A stretch of 63,041 bases of DNA from an uncultured Candidatus Saccharibacteria bacterium (GTDB lineage: Bacteria; Patescibacteriota; WWE3; UBA101185; UBA10185): assembly GCA_964396025.1 (NCBI GenBank), contig CAYNBT010000001.1, positions 3,129 through 66,169 on the forward strand, given 5' to 3'. The notes beneath the pieces were generated by a model. It was not told the DNA's origin. It worked only from the letters and a program-made list of their open reading frames with translations, and ran no database searches. Shown piece after piece: positions 8,601 to 17,402 of this stretch (its first letter is position 1; each line of letters starts with the position of its first letter). Made by a program: the position numbers and the translations under genes.

Positions 8601-10180
8601 CAGTCCAAAGGCGTAGTCCCAAGAGGCGAGAATAACCCAGCCCACATACTGTTATGAAGCATACGAACGCGACCTTCTCCCGATTTTGCAAGAGGATTTA
8701 CTTCATTCCAATTTGCAGTGCCAGCATCAAATTCGCCCCAAATCCACGGCATTTGTCCTTTTCCAGCAGCCCAAGATGTTCCGTCTCCTAATCCAAGCTG
8801 ACTACAATAGGTACTTGAGGCAGGGCTCTTTGTTATATCTCTCAAACACCACGCAGTTCTATATATAAAATTTGCCTCATCATACTTGAGTTCAGCAGGA
8901 GTCTGGCTAAAATCCATCATATAATTGTGATAGTTTGCAATATCAAAAAAACCGGAAGACCAAAACGCAGGGCTGTAAGCTTGAGAACCCTGAGATGTAG
9001 TTCTTAAGTGTTTATAAGGATCGACTTGCAACTGATACTGACTATATGCCTGATAAAATCTGTACTCAGGACTGTTAGGCAGTACGTGGCCGTGTTCGTT
9101 CCAAGCTTCCCATGCTAAAACAGATGGAGAATAACCCCAACGAGCTACTCTATATCTAAAGTTTCTTTTCCAGTAATTTATATGTCTGAGGCTATCAAAT
9201 GCTTGAGGAGAGGAATTCCAGCTTTCATTGTAGGTTGCCCCATCCCAGATCCAGTAAGGATCGCCATGTGAGGTAATTTGAATGTAAACCCCGTTTTTCT
9301 CTGCCGCCTCAATGATTTTATCTTCTTCATAATTACCTCGCTGATTAAGTTGAGTGCCTTTTTGCGTAGTACTTAGATCTACATTGCGATCGACAGGGTT
9401 AAAATCGTAAGGATAGGAATATGCGTCATAATGCCCTTCGGTTGTAAGACCATAACCATCGTTCTGATCCCATATTCTAGTAAAATTGACGCCATTGGCC
9501 CCAAAGAGTGCAAAGGTATTTTCGTAATCCCAGCTCCTCTTGCCGCAGCAAAGCCACCATTGTCGCCCACTACCTACTGGAACAAAGCTAGTGCCATCAT
9601 CAAATTCCAAGAAACGACTATCTTTACTGGAGACTCTTACAAAACCCTTTTGGCTCGAACTAGTAACTGAAAAATTCAAGTCGCCAAAAACAGGATGCCT
9701 AGTACTGCCGGTTTTGTCTTCAACAGTTAGATAGTATTTATAGGTACCGGTTTCGGAAGGCGTGAATCTAACCTTCCATGAATAATTGTTAGTAGGAGTC
9801 ATTGTCTCAGAAGTAGAATAGGAACCTGTTCTCTGAAAATCCTGATAATAAAAAGCCGGAACCTTAAACGTCTTACCGGACGGTGCAGTAAAGTGAGCAT
9901 CAACAGAAATCCCATCTATTCCATAAGGAGAATTCCTGCCGGGATCAGCAGTAGGAGTATCTGATGAGTCATAATAATAATAGGGCAAGATGGAATCTGC
10001 CGGATACGTCTTGGAAATCTGAAAATCCAGTTCATATTTTTTAAATTTTTGCACGGAAGTAGAAGATGATGATATTGACGTTACATAAGGTGTGGATTGA
10101 GCATAAGTAGACTCAGAAACACAGACAGCTAGAAGCAACAACATCAATATAAACAATGATTTGTAAAAAAGTATCCGCAT
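5690..10180 (-). CDS. 1496-aa secreted multidomain protein: Ig-like N-domain + GH5-like (clan GH-A) barrel + dockerin-like module + PQQ/BamB-like beta-propeller + OB-like C-terminal domain
   Basis: Signal peptide '[15 protein letters not shown]'. Candidate acid/base 'AWEAWNEHG' and nucleophile 'WIWGEFDAG'. Dockerin loops '[12 protein letters not shown]' and '[12 protein letters not shown]'. Repeated '[18 protein letters not shown]'-type propeller blades. Two PT linkers. Confidence 0.75.
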   Translation of the reverse strand: MRILFYKSLFILMLLLLAVCVSESTYAQSTPYVTSISSSSTSVQKFKKYELDFQISKTYPADSILPYYYYDSSDTPTADPGRNSPYGIDGISVDAHFTAPSGKTFKVPAFYYQDFQRTGSYSTSETMTPTNNYSWKVRFTPSETGTYKYYLTVEDKTGSTRHPVFGDLNFSVTSSSQKGFVRVSSKDSRFLEFDDGTSFVPVGSGRQWWLCCGKRSWDYENTFALFGANGVNFTRIWDQNDGYGLTTEGHYDAYSYPYDFNPVDRNVDLSTTQKGTQLNQRGNYEEDKIIEAAEKNGVYIQITSHGDPYWIWDGATYNESWNSSPQAFDSLRHINYWKRNFRYRVARWGYSPSVLAWEAWNEHGHVLPNSPEYRFYQAYSQYQLQVDPYKHLRTTSQGSQAYSPAFWSSGFFDIANYHNYMMDFSQTPAELKYDEANFIYRTAWCLRDITKSPASSTYCSQLGLGDGTSWAAGKGQMPWIWGEFDAGTANWNEVNPLAKSGEGRVRMLHNSMWAGLFSPLGTTPLDWYWDQEDSATTAKRYEQRKAAKEYFSGVNYAGSSFTFLMGTSDTIPGYTGETLTVSNPVLRAYGMRSSDKKNAYIWIQNRNNTWYNSANSTAAVSGTVTVKNLLQSAYTLEIWNTYTGQKISTTNVTPVGGNVDIPVNALSNDFAVKLINGTTTPAPTPTPVPTATPTPTPTPTPSAYGDGDVTGDGFVDSADIISLITNWNATPNNSLDQYRDNKINSLDFAVVYGASIFIPTPTPTATPTPTPTATPTPTPTPTPAPTPTATPTPTPSPTPTPLPGSAVSWNQFGGNAQRTHYTEQTVATPWKYKWQWNGAGSDGKPQSSHLSVPDLVQPITGGNRVYMVANNTVFALDKNSNDKVNGTVLWSKNNLGNINSTPAYANEYLYVAGGNSIYKLNASTGATVASFDTGSALNHAPLLIGANVVVAAANGHLVSVATSTMTKNWEYAGSSTPAATAPSYSSSRDTVVYVTRDLFVHAVKATDGTAKWAPNKPTDRTYGDPGTSNKEVAQAEEGWPVIADAQGIVFIRYRLDWQTLWDGPGAGGTFPTENAAARTFLTDNSKRQQALYALRLDDGNDAYATAPNAGNGGAGDGGYLPMGPQPIVRQIGNKNVAYVPFRNQQICARDSWCDGREDASVGEMVLDNSTVSGYTGGDMRFVQWADAGNYQTPPSPAYYHDMQTDEMMNMTGSGNTLFHNHWLSSQAFTITDRGSAVGNTYMNPIKTVAAPNIIWRQVYCDSSNTQCNPAIYPGGDGLFNYGPSNCPFNSSTRYCSNGLYGYGDSRAFPAGFYEYHNSYNPNSGSTPFVVVSDGLVLVKTNDGAIIALENGNPTASSNDNLAMSTAPAMSSVLGAQTVKSPTVISWDQAADYLNQNVILKGTVKVVEDNTPKAYYLGFTEDPHSTFLVRIFAQDAQDFNYDIESLKGKTVEVNGTVSLYWPDGKIPEIIVTDPSQIKVESSFFGNVGSYLKNLTGN
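7775..7906 (-). repeat. imperfect repeat encoding PT linker B (residues 759-802) of the 1496-aa protein
   Basis: '[44 protein letters not shown]'. Confidence 0.9.
8078..8146 (-). repeat. imperfect repeat encoding PT linker A (residues 679-701) of the 1496-aa protein
   Basis: '[23 protein letters not shown]'. Confidence 0.9.
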
Positions 10181-10189
10181 TCGAGAACA

Positions 10190-10198
10190 ATTTCAGCA
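10190..10198 (-). promoter_or_regulatory. extended -10 (TGcTGAAAT) 9 nt upstream of the ATG at 10180
   Basis: Minus strand reads TGCTGAAAT-tgttctcga-ATG with no SD. Confidence 0.4.
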
Positions 10199-10238
10199 CT
10201 TATGTCTTACGGTGTCAATACATACACAACAAAATATG

Positions 10239-10244
10239 TATAAT
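10239..10244 (+). promoter_or_regulatory. -10 box TATAAT for the 10283 gene (leadered, with SD)
   Basis: TATAAT is followed by a ~38-nt leader containing an AAAGGAG SD. Confidence 0.4.
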
Positions 10245-10282
10245 ATTATAGATAAGTTTATTTATATAAAAGGAGTCTCTAA

Positions 10283-10843
10283 ATGAAAACAAGTTATAAA
10301 TTTCTAGTTTTGCTAATAGTACTTAGTATTGCATTCGCGGGCAATCAAACAAATGCTGAAGAAACCAATCCTCAAAACAGACGTTTGGAAAACATGGAGA
10401 AAAAAGAGGGCAATATGGAAAGACGCTGCGAGCTAATGCAATCAAACATAGAAAAACGAATAGAAATGTACAACCGGCGAAAAGACGTGCATAAAGCTGC
10501 GTATGAACGCTTTTTGACAAAAGTCGAGGAAATAATCGAACGATTAGAAGCTAAGGGTAAAGACACAACGCAAATTGTGCAGGAAGTTGAAGAACTAAAG
10601 GCTTTGATAAAAGAATTTTCAACAAGTGTAGAAACTTCAGTCACAATGCTCGAAGAAGCTAACGATTACAACTGTGGGCAATCAGAAGGCGAATTTAAAA
10701 CGCGAATCCAAGACACCAAAGTGTCTTTTGAAGCAACACGCGAATCCGCCAAGGCTGTAAGAGAGCAAATGAAGATGGTAAAAGAAACAATTCGTGAAGC
10801 TGTAAAGGCAAGAAACACCTCAGAATCAGAAGGGAGCGAGTAA
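10283..10843 (+). CDS. secreted coiled-coil protein (hypothetical)
   Basis: ATG with AAAGGAG SD, signal peptide 'LVLLIVLSIAFAGNQTNA', and an E/K-rich helical remainder. Confidence 0.65.
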   Translation: MKTSYKFLVLLIVLSIAFAGNQTNAEETNPQNRRLENMEKKEGNMERRCELMQSNIEKRIEMYNRRKDVHKAAYERFLTKVEEIIERLEAKGKDTTQIVQEVEELKALIKEFSTSVETSVTMLEEANDYNCGQSEGEFKTRIQDTKVSFEATRESAKAVREQMKMVKETIREAVKARNTSESEGSE

Positions 10844-10844
10844 T

Positions 10845-11006
10845 ATGGAAAAAAAACTTCTCCCAATTCTTATAACTATTACAGTGTTACTTCTACTGGG
10901 CGGGTTCATATACAATAAAAAGTATCTTAGCGGCCCAGACATTGAGAAGGAGTTGGAAACTACATTACAGGAGACTAATCCTGACGATTTTGAATTCGAA
11001 GAATAG
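10845..11006 (+). CDS. 53-aa single-pass membrane protein (below the ORF-track cutoff)
   Basis: Hand-translated as MEKKLLPILITITVLLLLGGFIYNKKYLSGPDIEKELETTLQETNPDDFEFEE. Its ATG lies 1 nt after the upstream TAA, with GGGAG upstream. Confidence 0.4.
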   Translation: MEKKLLPILITITVLLLLGGFIYNKKYLSGPDIEKELETTLQETNPDDFEFEE

Positions 11007-11022
11007 GTAACACTAACAAGTA

Positions 11023-11712
11023 CTACTTTTTGATGAAACTCGAAAGGTAGTATTTGGTTTGCTTTATTTTGTCGGCAATTTTCTCGTGAATGCCTTTCTT
11101 GTTCTCCTTATAAATGTGAATCATAGGAGGCAGGACGGAAGCCATAATAATAACCAATACAATGGGTAGAAGATACTTGTCTACGTCCGGAATCAAACTA
11201 CCTAAAAAGTATCCCGAGAGCATCAAACCAAACACCCACAAAGTTCCACCAATAAAGTTAAAAAACATGAATTTTCTCAAATTCATGTGGCCTACTCCTG
11301 CAACGATTGGAGCAAATGTGCGTACAACAGGCATAAAACGAGCTAATATTATGGCCTTACCACCGTGTTTTTCATATAATTCTTCAGCTTTAATGAGATG
11401 AGCCTTTTTAAAAAGCAAAGAGTCTTCTCGTCTAAACAGTTTCCTGCCCACCTTAGAGCCAAAATGATAACCAACGTTATCTCCTAAAATTGCCGCAATC
11501 CAACTCCCAATCACTAAGGGTAAAATGTCAAAAAAGGCAACGCTTGGTGATGCTAAAAAACCCGCCGTAAAAAGTAAACTGTCGCCCGGTAGAAAAAAAC
11601 CTACTAACAAACCGGATTCAGCAAAGATCACTAAGTAAATTCCAAAATAGCCAATTTGTTCGATAAATGTTCGCAAATCGTGTTCTATAAAGAGAGTTCT
11701 AAAAATTTCCAT
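11023..11712 (-). CDS. dedA: DedA/SNARE-associated family membrane protein
   Basis: 'GLLVGFFLPGDSLLFTAGFLA' and 'GGKAIILARFMPVVRTFAPIVAG' are DedA hallmarks. Confidence 0.8.
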   Translation of the reverse strand: MEIFRTLFIEHDLRTFIEQIGYFGIYLVIFAESGLLVGFFLPGDSLLFTAGFLASPSVAFFDILPLVIGSWIAAILGDNVGYHFGSKVGRKLFRREDSLLFKKAHLIKAEELYEKHGGKAIILARFMPVVRTFAPIVAGVGHMNLRKFMFFNFIGGTLWVFGLMLSGYFLGSLIPDVDKYLLPIVLVIIMASVLPPMIHIYKENKKGIHEKIADKIKQTKYYLSSFIKK

Positions 11713-11718
11713 TACAGA

Positions 11719-11727
11719 ATAGTATCA
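11719..11727 (-). promoter_or_regulatory. extended -10 (TGaTACTAT) 6 nt upstream of the dedA ATG
   Basis: Minus strand reads TGATACTAT-tctgta-ATG with no SD. Confidence 0.5.
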
Positions 11728-11752
11728 CAAAAGTGGAATTGATTAACAGATG

Positions 11753-12463
11753 TTAAGAGTGTTTGGAAAGCTCGTAAAGAGATATTCCAACGGCAATTGA
11801 AACATTCAGTGGATTATTCCCCAACGTCTTAACTCCAAAGCGTTTACCGTTGAATCCATGAGGGGAGAACAAATCATCGGTAAACAAAACAGCATAAGGT
11901 GCTGATATATCAATGTTTGAAGGGTTGTATTTAGAATCAGACGAGAATGAGATGATTTCATGATTCTGAAAAGCATCCAGATAGGCGTCGTAATCCTCAA
12001 AATATTCGAAGTTAACGCTAAAAAGTTCTCCCATCGATGCGCGTATCACTTTGGGATCAAACACATGAACAGATGGCTTTATAATAGCCAAATCATAAAA
12101 CCCAAAAGCAGCCATAGTTCTAATGATTCCACCCATATTTCCCATATCCCTAATGCCGCCCAAAATAATGTGGTTTCTGGTAGGAGAAAGTTTGGTGTCA
12201 TATTTGTCAAACAATCCAACAACCATGGAATTTTCTTTTGGTGAAAGCTTACCAACCATCTTGTCACTAATCTCAAAAGGGATTTTATGTTTTTTACACA
12301 AAGAAACCAATTCTCGAGCTCCCTGATTCTTACTGCTTCGAGTGGAAAAATAGAGTTTTTTTACATATTCTCTTTTATGATGGAGAAGTTCAAGTGTAGG
12401 ACTAACGCCTAAAGTATAGGAAAAATCAAATTTTCTGTTTTGGGTACTGCTATCTTTATGCAT
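11753..12463 (-). CDS. SpoU/TrmH-family RNA 2'-O-methyltransferase
   Basis: 'GNMGGIIRTMAAFG' and C-terminal 'LNVSIAVGISLYEL' SPOUT motifs. Confidence 0.75.
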   Translation of the reverse strand: MHKDSSTQNRKFDFSYTLGVSPTLELLHHKREYVKKLYFSTRSSKNQGARELVSLCKKHKIPFEISDKMVGKLSPKENSMVVGLFDKYDTKLSPTRNHIILGGIRDMGNMGGIIRTMAAFGFYDLAIIKPSVHVFDPKVIRASMGELFSVNFEYFEDYDAYLDAFQNHEIISFSSDSKYNPSNIDISAPYAVLFTDDLFSPHGFNGKRFGVKTLGNNPLNVSIAVGISLYELSKHS

Positions 12464-12474
12464 TTAACAGAAGA

Positions 12475-12897
12475 TTAAGAAGTAGCTTTTGCTTCTTTGA
12501 TCTTTGTAGCGGATTTGCCCTTGCGATCCCTTAGATAGTAAAGTTTAGCTCTTCTTACTTTACCATGCTTGATTATTTCGACTTTAACTATGTTTGGAGA
12601 AAGTAATGGAAAGATTCTTTCTACGCCAACTCCACCAACACCTATTCTTCTAACGGTAAAGGTCTTAGCCTCGCCTGAGCCCTTTTTTGCTATGACTATG
12701 CCCTCATAGGGCTGTACTCTTTCTTTATCGCCTTCGATGATTTTGTAGTGTACTTTTACAGTATCACCTACATTAAAGGTTGGTATCACGCGCTGAACAA
12801 CGGCTGGAGCATCATAGGTTTCATCAACCACAGCAGTGTCTTCAGGTTCTTGTACAGAATCATTATCTTCAGTTGTATTTGTTATTTCTTCAGTCAT
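12475..12897 (-). CDS. rplS: 50S ribosomal protein L19 with acidic N-terminal extension
   Basis: '[33 protein letters not shown]...TFTVRR' L19 core. It is preceded by ~40 acidic residues with no internal ATG. A downstream GTG start cannot be excluded. Confidence 0.85.
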   Translation of the reverse strand: MTEEITNTTEDNDSVQEPEDTAVVDETYDAPAVVQRVIPTFNVGDTVKVHYKIIEGDKERVQPYEGIVIAKKGSGEAKTFTVRRIGVGGVGVERIFPLLSPNIVKVEIIKHGKVRRAKLYYLRDRKGKSATKIKEAKATS

Positions 12898-12956
12898 AAG
12901 GCTTTTTGGGAATTAACGAAACGAGATTAACAGAAATACAGCAATAATTCAAGTCT

Positions 12957-15056
12957 TTATGCGGTATCTATAGAAACCTCTGCAACTACGTCTATTTTTA
13001 AACCATCCCCTTCACAAGTAATGTTAACCGCATCACCATCCTGAATTTGAGAAGAAATGATCTTACTTGAGATGGTATTTTCGATTTCCCGTTGAATTAG
13101 TCTTCGTAAAGGTCTGGCTCCATACTCTTCACTAAATCCCTTGTCTGCAAGGTAAACTCTGGCTTTGTCATCAACTGATAGACTTATTTTGTGATCAAGA
13201 AGGAGCTTTTGGGTCTTAGCAATCTCCATGTCGGTGATAGCACTGATATCTGCCCTAGTAAGGCTCTTAAAGAAGACTACTTCGTCTATTCTGTTTAAAA
13301 ATTCTGGTTTAAAGCTGTCTTTTAAGATTTTTTCAACTCTTCTTACTGTTTCCTTTTCTGTACGCTCTTTCTGAGCAACAGTGTCCGTATTATTAAAGCC
13401 TATTTCTGCTTGGCGTAGCACTTCAGAACCAACGTTTGAGGTCATAATGATAATGGTGTTCTTAAAATCAACTGCACGGCCTTTGCTGTCTGTGAGCCTA
13501 CCATCTTCCATGATTTGCAGCAGAGTGTTGTAAATATCCGGATGGGCTTTTTCAATCTCGTCTAAAAGAATGATTGAGAAAGGTTTTCGTCTTACAATCT
13601 CGGTAAGTTGCCCACCCTTTTCAAAACCAATGTACCCCGGGGGAGAACCGATCATTTTGCTAACCGAATGCTTTTCCATATACTCACTCATATCAAGACG
13701 TACAAGCATATCTTCATTACCATAAAGAACTTCAGCAAGCGCCTTAGAAAGCTCAGTTTTACCTACTCCTGTAGGACCTAAGAACAAGAATGAGCCTATC
13801 GGTCTCTTGGGATCTTTGAGCCCAGCGCGGGCACGTCTAATAGCCTCGCTAACTAATTTAACGGGTTCGTTTTGATTTACCATGCGCTCGTGGATTCTAT
13901 CTTCCATATGAATTAAACGTTCTTTTTCTTCCATGCTTAATTCCTCCAGAGGAATACCCGTAGCCCTAGAAACCACCTTAACAACAGAATCCTTGGTTAC
14001 ATCACGAACCTCCTCAAGTTTTGTTTTTGTCCAAATATCAATCAGCTCCTTCTTTACTTTTTCTAGTTGACCAAGTTCGGCCTCAAATTTAGTTTTGAGA
14101 TCGGGTTCGGAATTGGATCGAATTTTTTCTTTAACAGCCGCAATATTATCTTCCACTTGTTTGAGATTTTCAGGCTCACGTACTTGAGAAAGTCTCACCA
14201 AAGCCCCAGCCTCATCGATTAAGTCGATTGATTTGTCGGGCTGGAATCGGTCACTAATATACCTGTTTGAAAGTTTCACCGCATAATCAATAGCTTGGTC
14301 TGTTATTTTCACGTGGTGGTGCTTTTCGTAACGCTCCCGTAGACCTTTTATAATAAGCACGGTTTCTTCTGGCGAAGGCTCGTTGACTAATACAGGCTGA
14401 AATCTTCTTTCCAGAGCTGCGTCCTTCTCTATATGTTTTTGATATTCATCTAAAGTTGTTGCTCCAACCATTTGTAATTCGCCTTTTGCTAATGCCGGCT
14501 TGAGTATGTTTGCAGCGTCCATAGCGCCTTCTGCCGAACCTGTCCCAACAACAGTATGCAACTCATCCAAAAACAGAATAATTTGACCCTGAGCGTTTAT
14601 AACCTCATTTATGATGTCTTTGAGACGGCTTTCAAACATACCTCTGTGAGAAGTTCCTGCAATAACCGAAGCTAAATCTAGCGCAAAAACTCTTTTTCCT
14701 CTTAAAGGCTCGGGTACTTGTCCATTGATGATTCTTTGCGCCAAACCTTCTGCAATCGCGGTTTTACCTACACCAGGTTCGCCTATTAAAACAGGATTAT
14801 TTTTTGTTCTACGGGAAAGTATATGAACAACTCGTTCGATTTCATTTTTTCTACCGATTACAGGATCAAGCTTGTCGTTTTTTGCAAGGTCGGTTAGATC
14901 ACGCCCGAATTTATCTAAGATAGAAGTTGATTTGGTTTCTTTTTGAAGTTCGGCATGGCAAACCTCGCAAAGAGCAATATAGACTTGTCGACCGTCGATG
15001 ATTTTAGTTGTAGGAATTGTTGCAGGACGTTGCCCGCATCTTTGGCAGATTACCAT
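12957..15056 (-). CDS. clpE: ClpE-type Hsp100/Clp ATPase (two AAA+ modules, N-terminal zinc ribbon)
   Basis: N-terminal 'CQRCGQ...CEVCH'. Walker A 'GEPGVGKTA' and 'GPTGVGKTE'. 'AEIGFN' candidate ClpP-docking loop. No Clp_N repeat domain. Confidence 0.8.
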   Translation of the reverse strand: MVICQRCGQRPATIPTTKIIDGRQVYIALCEVCHAELQKETKSTSILDKFGRDLTDLAKNDKLDPVIGRKNEIERVVHILSRRTKNNPVLIGEPGVGKTAIAEGLAQRIINGQVPEPLRGKRVFALDLASVIAGTSHRGMFESRLKDIINEVINAQGQIILFLDELHTVVGTGSAEGAMDAANILKPALAKGELQMVGATTLDEYQKHIEKDAALERRFQPVLVNEPSPEETVLIIKGLRERYEKHHHVKITDQAIDYAVKLSNRYISDRFQPDKSIDLIDEAGALVRLSQVREPENLKQVEDNIAAVKEKIRSNSEPDLKTKFEAELGQLEKVKKELIDIWTKTKLEEVRDVTKDSVVKVVSRATGIPLEELSMEEKERLIHMEDRIHERMVNQNEPVKLVSEAIRRARAGLKDPKRPIGSFLFLGPTGVGKTELSKALAEVLYGNEDMLVRLDMSEYMEKHSVSKMIGSPPGYIGFEKGGQLTEIVRRKPFSIILLDEIEKAHPDIYNTLLQIMEDGRLTDSKGRAVDFKNTIIIMTSNVGSEVLRQAEIGFNNTDTVAQKERTEKETVRRVEKILKDSFKPEFLNRIDEVVFFKSLTRADISAITDMEIAKTQKLLLDHKISLSVDDKARVYLADKGFSEEYGARPLRRLIQREIENTISSKIISSQIQDGDAVNITCEGDGLKIDVVAEVSIDTA

Positions 15057-15062
15057 AATTGA

Positions 15063-15071
15063 ATTGTATCA
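15063..15071 (-). promoter_or_regulatory. extended -10 (TGaTACAAT) 6 nt upstream of the clpE-like ATG
   Basis: Minus strand reads TGATACAAT-tcaatt-ATG with no SD. Confidence 0.5.
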
Positions 15072-15130
15072 TATTTAGCAGAGTAGTAAATAGAGTGACA
15101 ACTATAAGATTTGAATTACATATAGAAATG

Positions 15131-15139
15131 TGCTATAAG
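15131..15139 (+). promoter_or_regulatory. extended -10 (TGcTATAAG) for the 15177 gene (leadered, with SD)
   Basis: TGCTATAAG is followed by a ~35-nt leader with an AAAGGAGA SD. Confidence 0.4.
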
Positions 15140-15176
15140 TCGTTTAGATTAACCTAAAACGAAAAAGGAGAAACCC

Positions 15177-15500
15177 ATGCGTAAAGTGTACACAATCGAT
15201 GAAGCTTTGACTTCTATGGCGACACCCATTGAAGATGCTATCACATTCACCACCGTACAAACCCTTTTGGGATTTTATGTGGGTCGTGCAGGCCTAACCC
15301 CAGGAATTGGAGATGTGGGACGTTGTATACCTGTATCAAAAGATGATTTTGAGTCGTACATGCAACAACTCATTGCGCAAGGTGCATCTGTACGAGTGCG
15401 CAACTCATACTCATCTCTCGGTCGTACGGACAAGGCATACATCATTACCGGTGTAACAAACCTTATCCCTTTTGTGCTCGAAGAATCAGTTTGCACTTAG
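15177..15500 (+). CDS. hypothetical protein (107 aa), orphan on the opposite strand
   Basis: ATG with a strong SD and its own terminator. GC-richer by eye than the flanking clpE and polA. Confidence 0.6.
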   Translation: MRKVYTIDEALTSMATPIEDAITFTTVQTLLGFYVGRAGLTPGIGDVGRCIPVSKDDFESYMQQLIAQGASVRVRNSYSSLGRTDKAYIITGVTNLIPFVLEESVCT

Positions 15501-15504
15501 CACC

Positions 15505-15542
15505 GTTTGGCGTGTGAAATTATCAAAAAACGCACGCCAAAC
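15505..15542. terminator. bidirectional hairpin terminator between the convergent 15177 gene and polA
   Basis: 10-bp stem GTTTGGCGTG...CACGCCAAAC. Confidence 0.65.
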
Positions 15543-15557
15543 ACTTTCCCTTAACTG

Positions 15558-17387
15558 TTAATGCTCCCAAACATCCCCAACAAATGGATCTGATTCTATT
15601 GGAACCTTTTTAATAAACAACTCCCCCGCCTTAATCATTTCGTGCTGTTGAATCTTTGCCCAATCCTCCGCCTGATCTTCTCGCACTTCACAAACTACCT
15701 CGTCGTGCACGGTTAATATTACTTTTCCATCTACTTTTTCTTTTTGTAATCGATCTTGCAAAAAAACCAGTGCGTATTTTACAGCGTCTGCATTAGTACC
15801 CTGAATTGGGTGATTCTTAGCTTGTCGCTCAATACTCGAAATCTTCTTTTTGAAGTCCGGATCGTTTTGATCGGGACGTTTGTACCAACGCTTTCTACCG
15901 GCTGGGGTACTACTCCACCCATTACGAACAGCATTATGAGCCATTTCCTCTAAAAACTTTTTAACACCAGGAAAGCTCTTAAAATACCTATCCATGTAAT
16001 CTTGCCCTTCTTCTTTAGAAATCCCAAGTCTTCCGGCAAGACCCATGGCACCCATTCCATACATTAATCCAAAGCCAATAGATTTTGCAGCTTGTCTTTT
16101 ATCCTTATGTTTTTCCTTGATATCTTCGTAAGGCAACGAAAACATCAAAGATGCCGTGTAAGAGTGCATATCCAAGCCCTCTTTTAAGGCATGAATGAAT
16201 TTGGCGTCTCCGGAAAGATCCGCCAAAATTCTCATTTCAAAGGAAGAATAGTCTGTAACCACAAATTTGTAGCCTTTACCGGGATTAAAACATTCTCTAA
16301 ACGGCGCTACCTGAGAATTTCTAGGAATTTGTTGCAAGTTTGGATTGTTACAAGAAAAGCGCCCTGTAGCAGCTCCCAACTGATTAAAATCCGGATGGAT
16401 TCTGTCGGTGACTTTGTTTATCTTTGAAAGCAAAGTCTCTCCAAAAGCAGAGATCAACTTTTCATAACCTCGGTAATCTCTCAACAATACTGCAATCGGA
16501 TGATTTACTGTAGCCAAAATCCCATCACCTGTAGAAGGAATGTTTAGCTTGAGTTTGTTGTTAAACAGGTCCATAAGCTGAGCATTACTGTTTATGTTGA
16601 TGGCGTCCGCCATGTTACCAAAGAGATCCTCGCGAGAAATACTAAAGTATGGGCGTACGGCATCTTGCAACTGAGTAGATAACTCGTCGCGTTTTATCAT
16701 GAGAGAAGCAATTATAGATTTCCATTTTTCCCTGTTTATATGTATTCCATTGAGTTCCATTTCGGCAACCACGCGGGTTGCAGCAAACTCGAGTTTAGCA
16801 ATGTTGGTAATATTTTCTTTTTGAAGTAGGGGTAACTGTTTCTCAAAAATCGGGAAAAGTATCAAAGTGTCTGCTCCTGCATATTTTAACTGCTCGTCGC
16901 TAATGTGCGACTTTGGGGTCATTCCCACGAACGATTTCTGCAAAGCTTTATCAATCACCCCAGGACCTACGTATTTATTAGCCAAATCCTTAAGACCAAT
17001 CATACCCGCGCCTAATCCGGCGGTTAAGATTCCTTCCGCCAACATGGTATCGTAAATGTTATCAACACTCACCCCAAGTTTTACTTTCAAAAAGGCGTAA
17101 TCAAATTTACCATTTTGCATTAACTTGATTTGTTTCTTGTTCTCAACGATTTCTTTAAAAAGCGGAATGTTTTTGAGATCTACTTCTCGAGCATCAAATA
17201 TATAACTTATCTCAGAATTTCCGAGCTGAACAAGGAGTAATGTCTGTGTGTATGGATCAAAACCAGTGGTTTCAACGTCAAGCGCCAATACAGGGTCGTT
17301 TAGCATCATAGTTAACACCTCAACTGCACGACCATTATCAGTTACATACTCATATTTAGGATTTTCAGGGTCAAATTTCAATTCCAT
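15558..17387 (-). CDS. polA: DNA polymerase I, Klenow-like (3'-5' exo + polymerase, no 5'-nuclease domain)
   Basis: Exo I 'ALDVETTG'. Family A motifs 'RQAAKSIGFGLMYGMG' and 'TVHDEVVCEV'. At 609 aa it begins directly with the exo domain. Confidence 0.9.
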   Translation of the reverse strand: MELKFDPENPKYEYVTDNGRAVEVLTMMLNDPVLALDVETTGFDPYTQTLLLVQLGNSEISYIFDAREVDLKNIPLFKEIVENKKQIKLMQNGKFDYAFLKVKLGVSVDNIYDTMLAEGILTAGLGAGMIGLKDLANKYVGPGVIDKALQKSFVGMTPKSHISDEQLKYAGADTLILFPIFEKQLPLLQKENITNIAKLEFAATRVVAEMELNGIHINREKWKSIIASLMIKRDELSTQLQDAVRPYFSISREDLFGNMADAININSNAQLMDLFNNKLKLNIPSTGDGILATVNHPIAVLLRDYRGYEKLISAFGETLLSKINKVTDRIHPDFNQLGAATGRFSCNNPNLQQIPRNSQVAPFRECFNPGKGYKFVVTDYSSFEMRILADLSGDAKFIHALKEGLDMHSYTASLMFSLPYEDIKEKHKDKRQAAKSIGFGLMYGMGAMGLAGRLGISKEEGQDYMDRYFKSFPGVKKFLEEMAHNAVRNGWSSTPAGRKRWYKRPDQNDPDFKKKISSIERQAKNHPIQGTNADAVKYALVFLQDRLQKEKVDGKVILTVHDEVVCEVREDQAEDWAKIQQHEMIKAGELFIKKVPIESDPFVGDVWEH

Positions 17388-17402
17388 AAAAGCACTTTAA
17401 TA

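Noticed and set aside
15075-15101. CIRCE-like sequence TTAGCAGAG-N9-GAGTGACAA upstream of the clpE-like gene
   Set aside because: It resembles the HrcA operator TTAGCACTC-N9-GAGTGCTAA at the ends. The two halves are not inverted repeats of each other: only about 4/9 positions are complementary. No hrcA is seen in the window. The resemblance is probably chance in AT-rich DNA.
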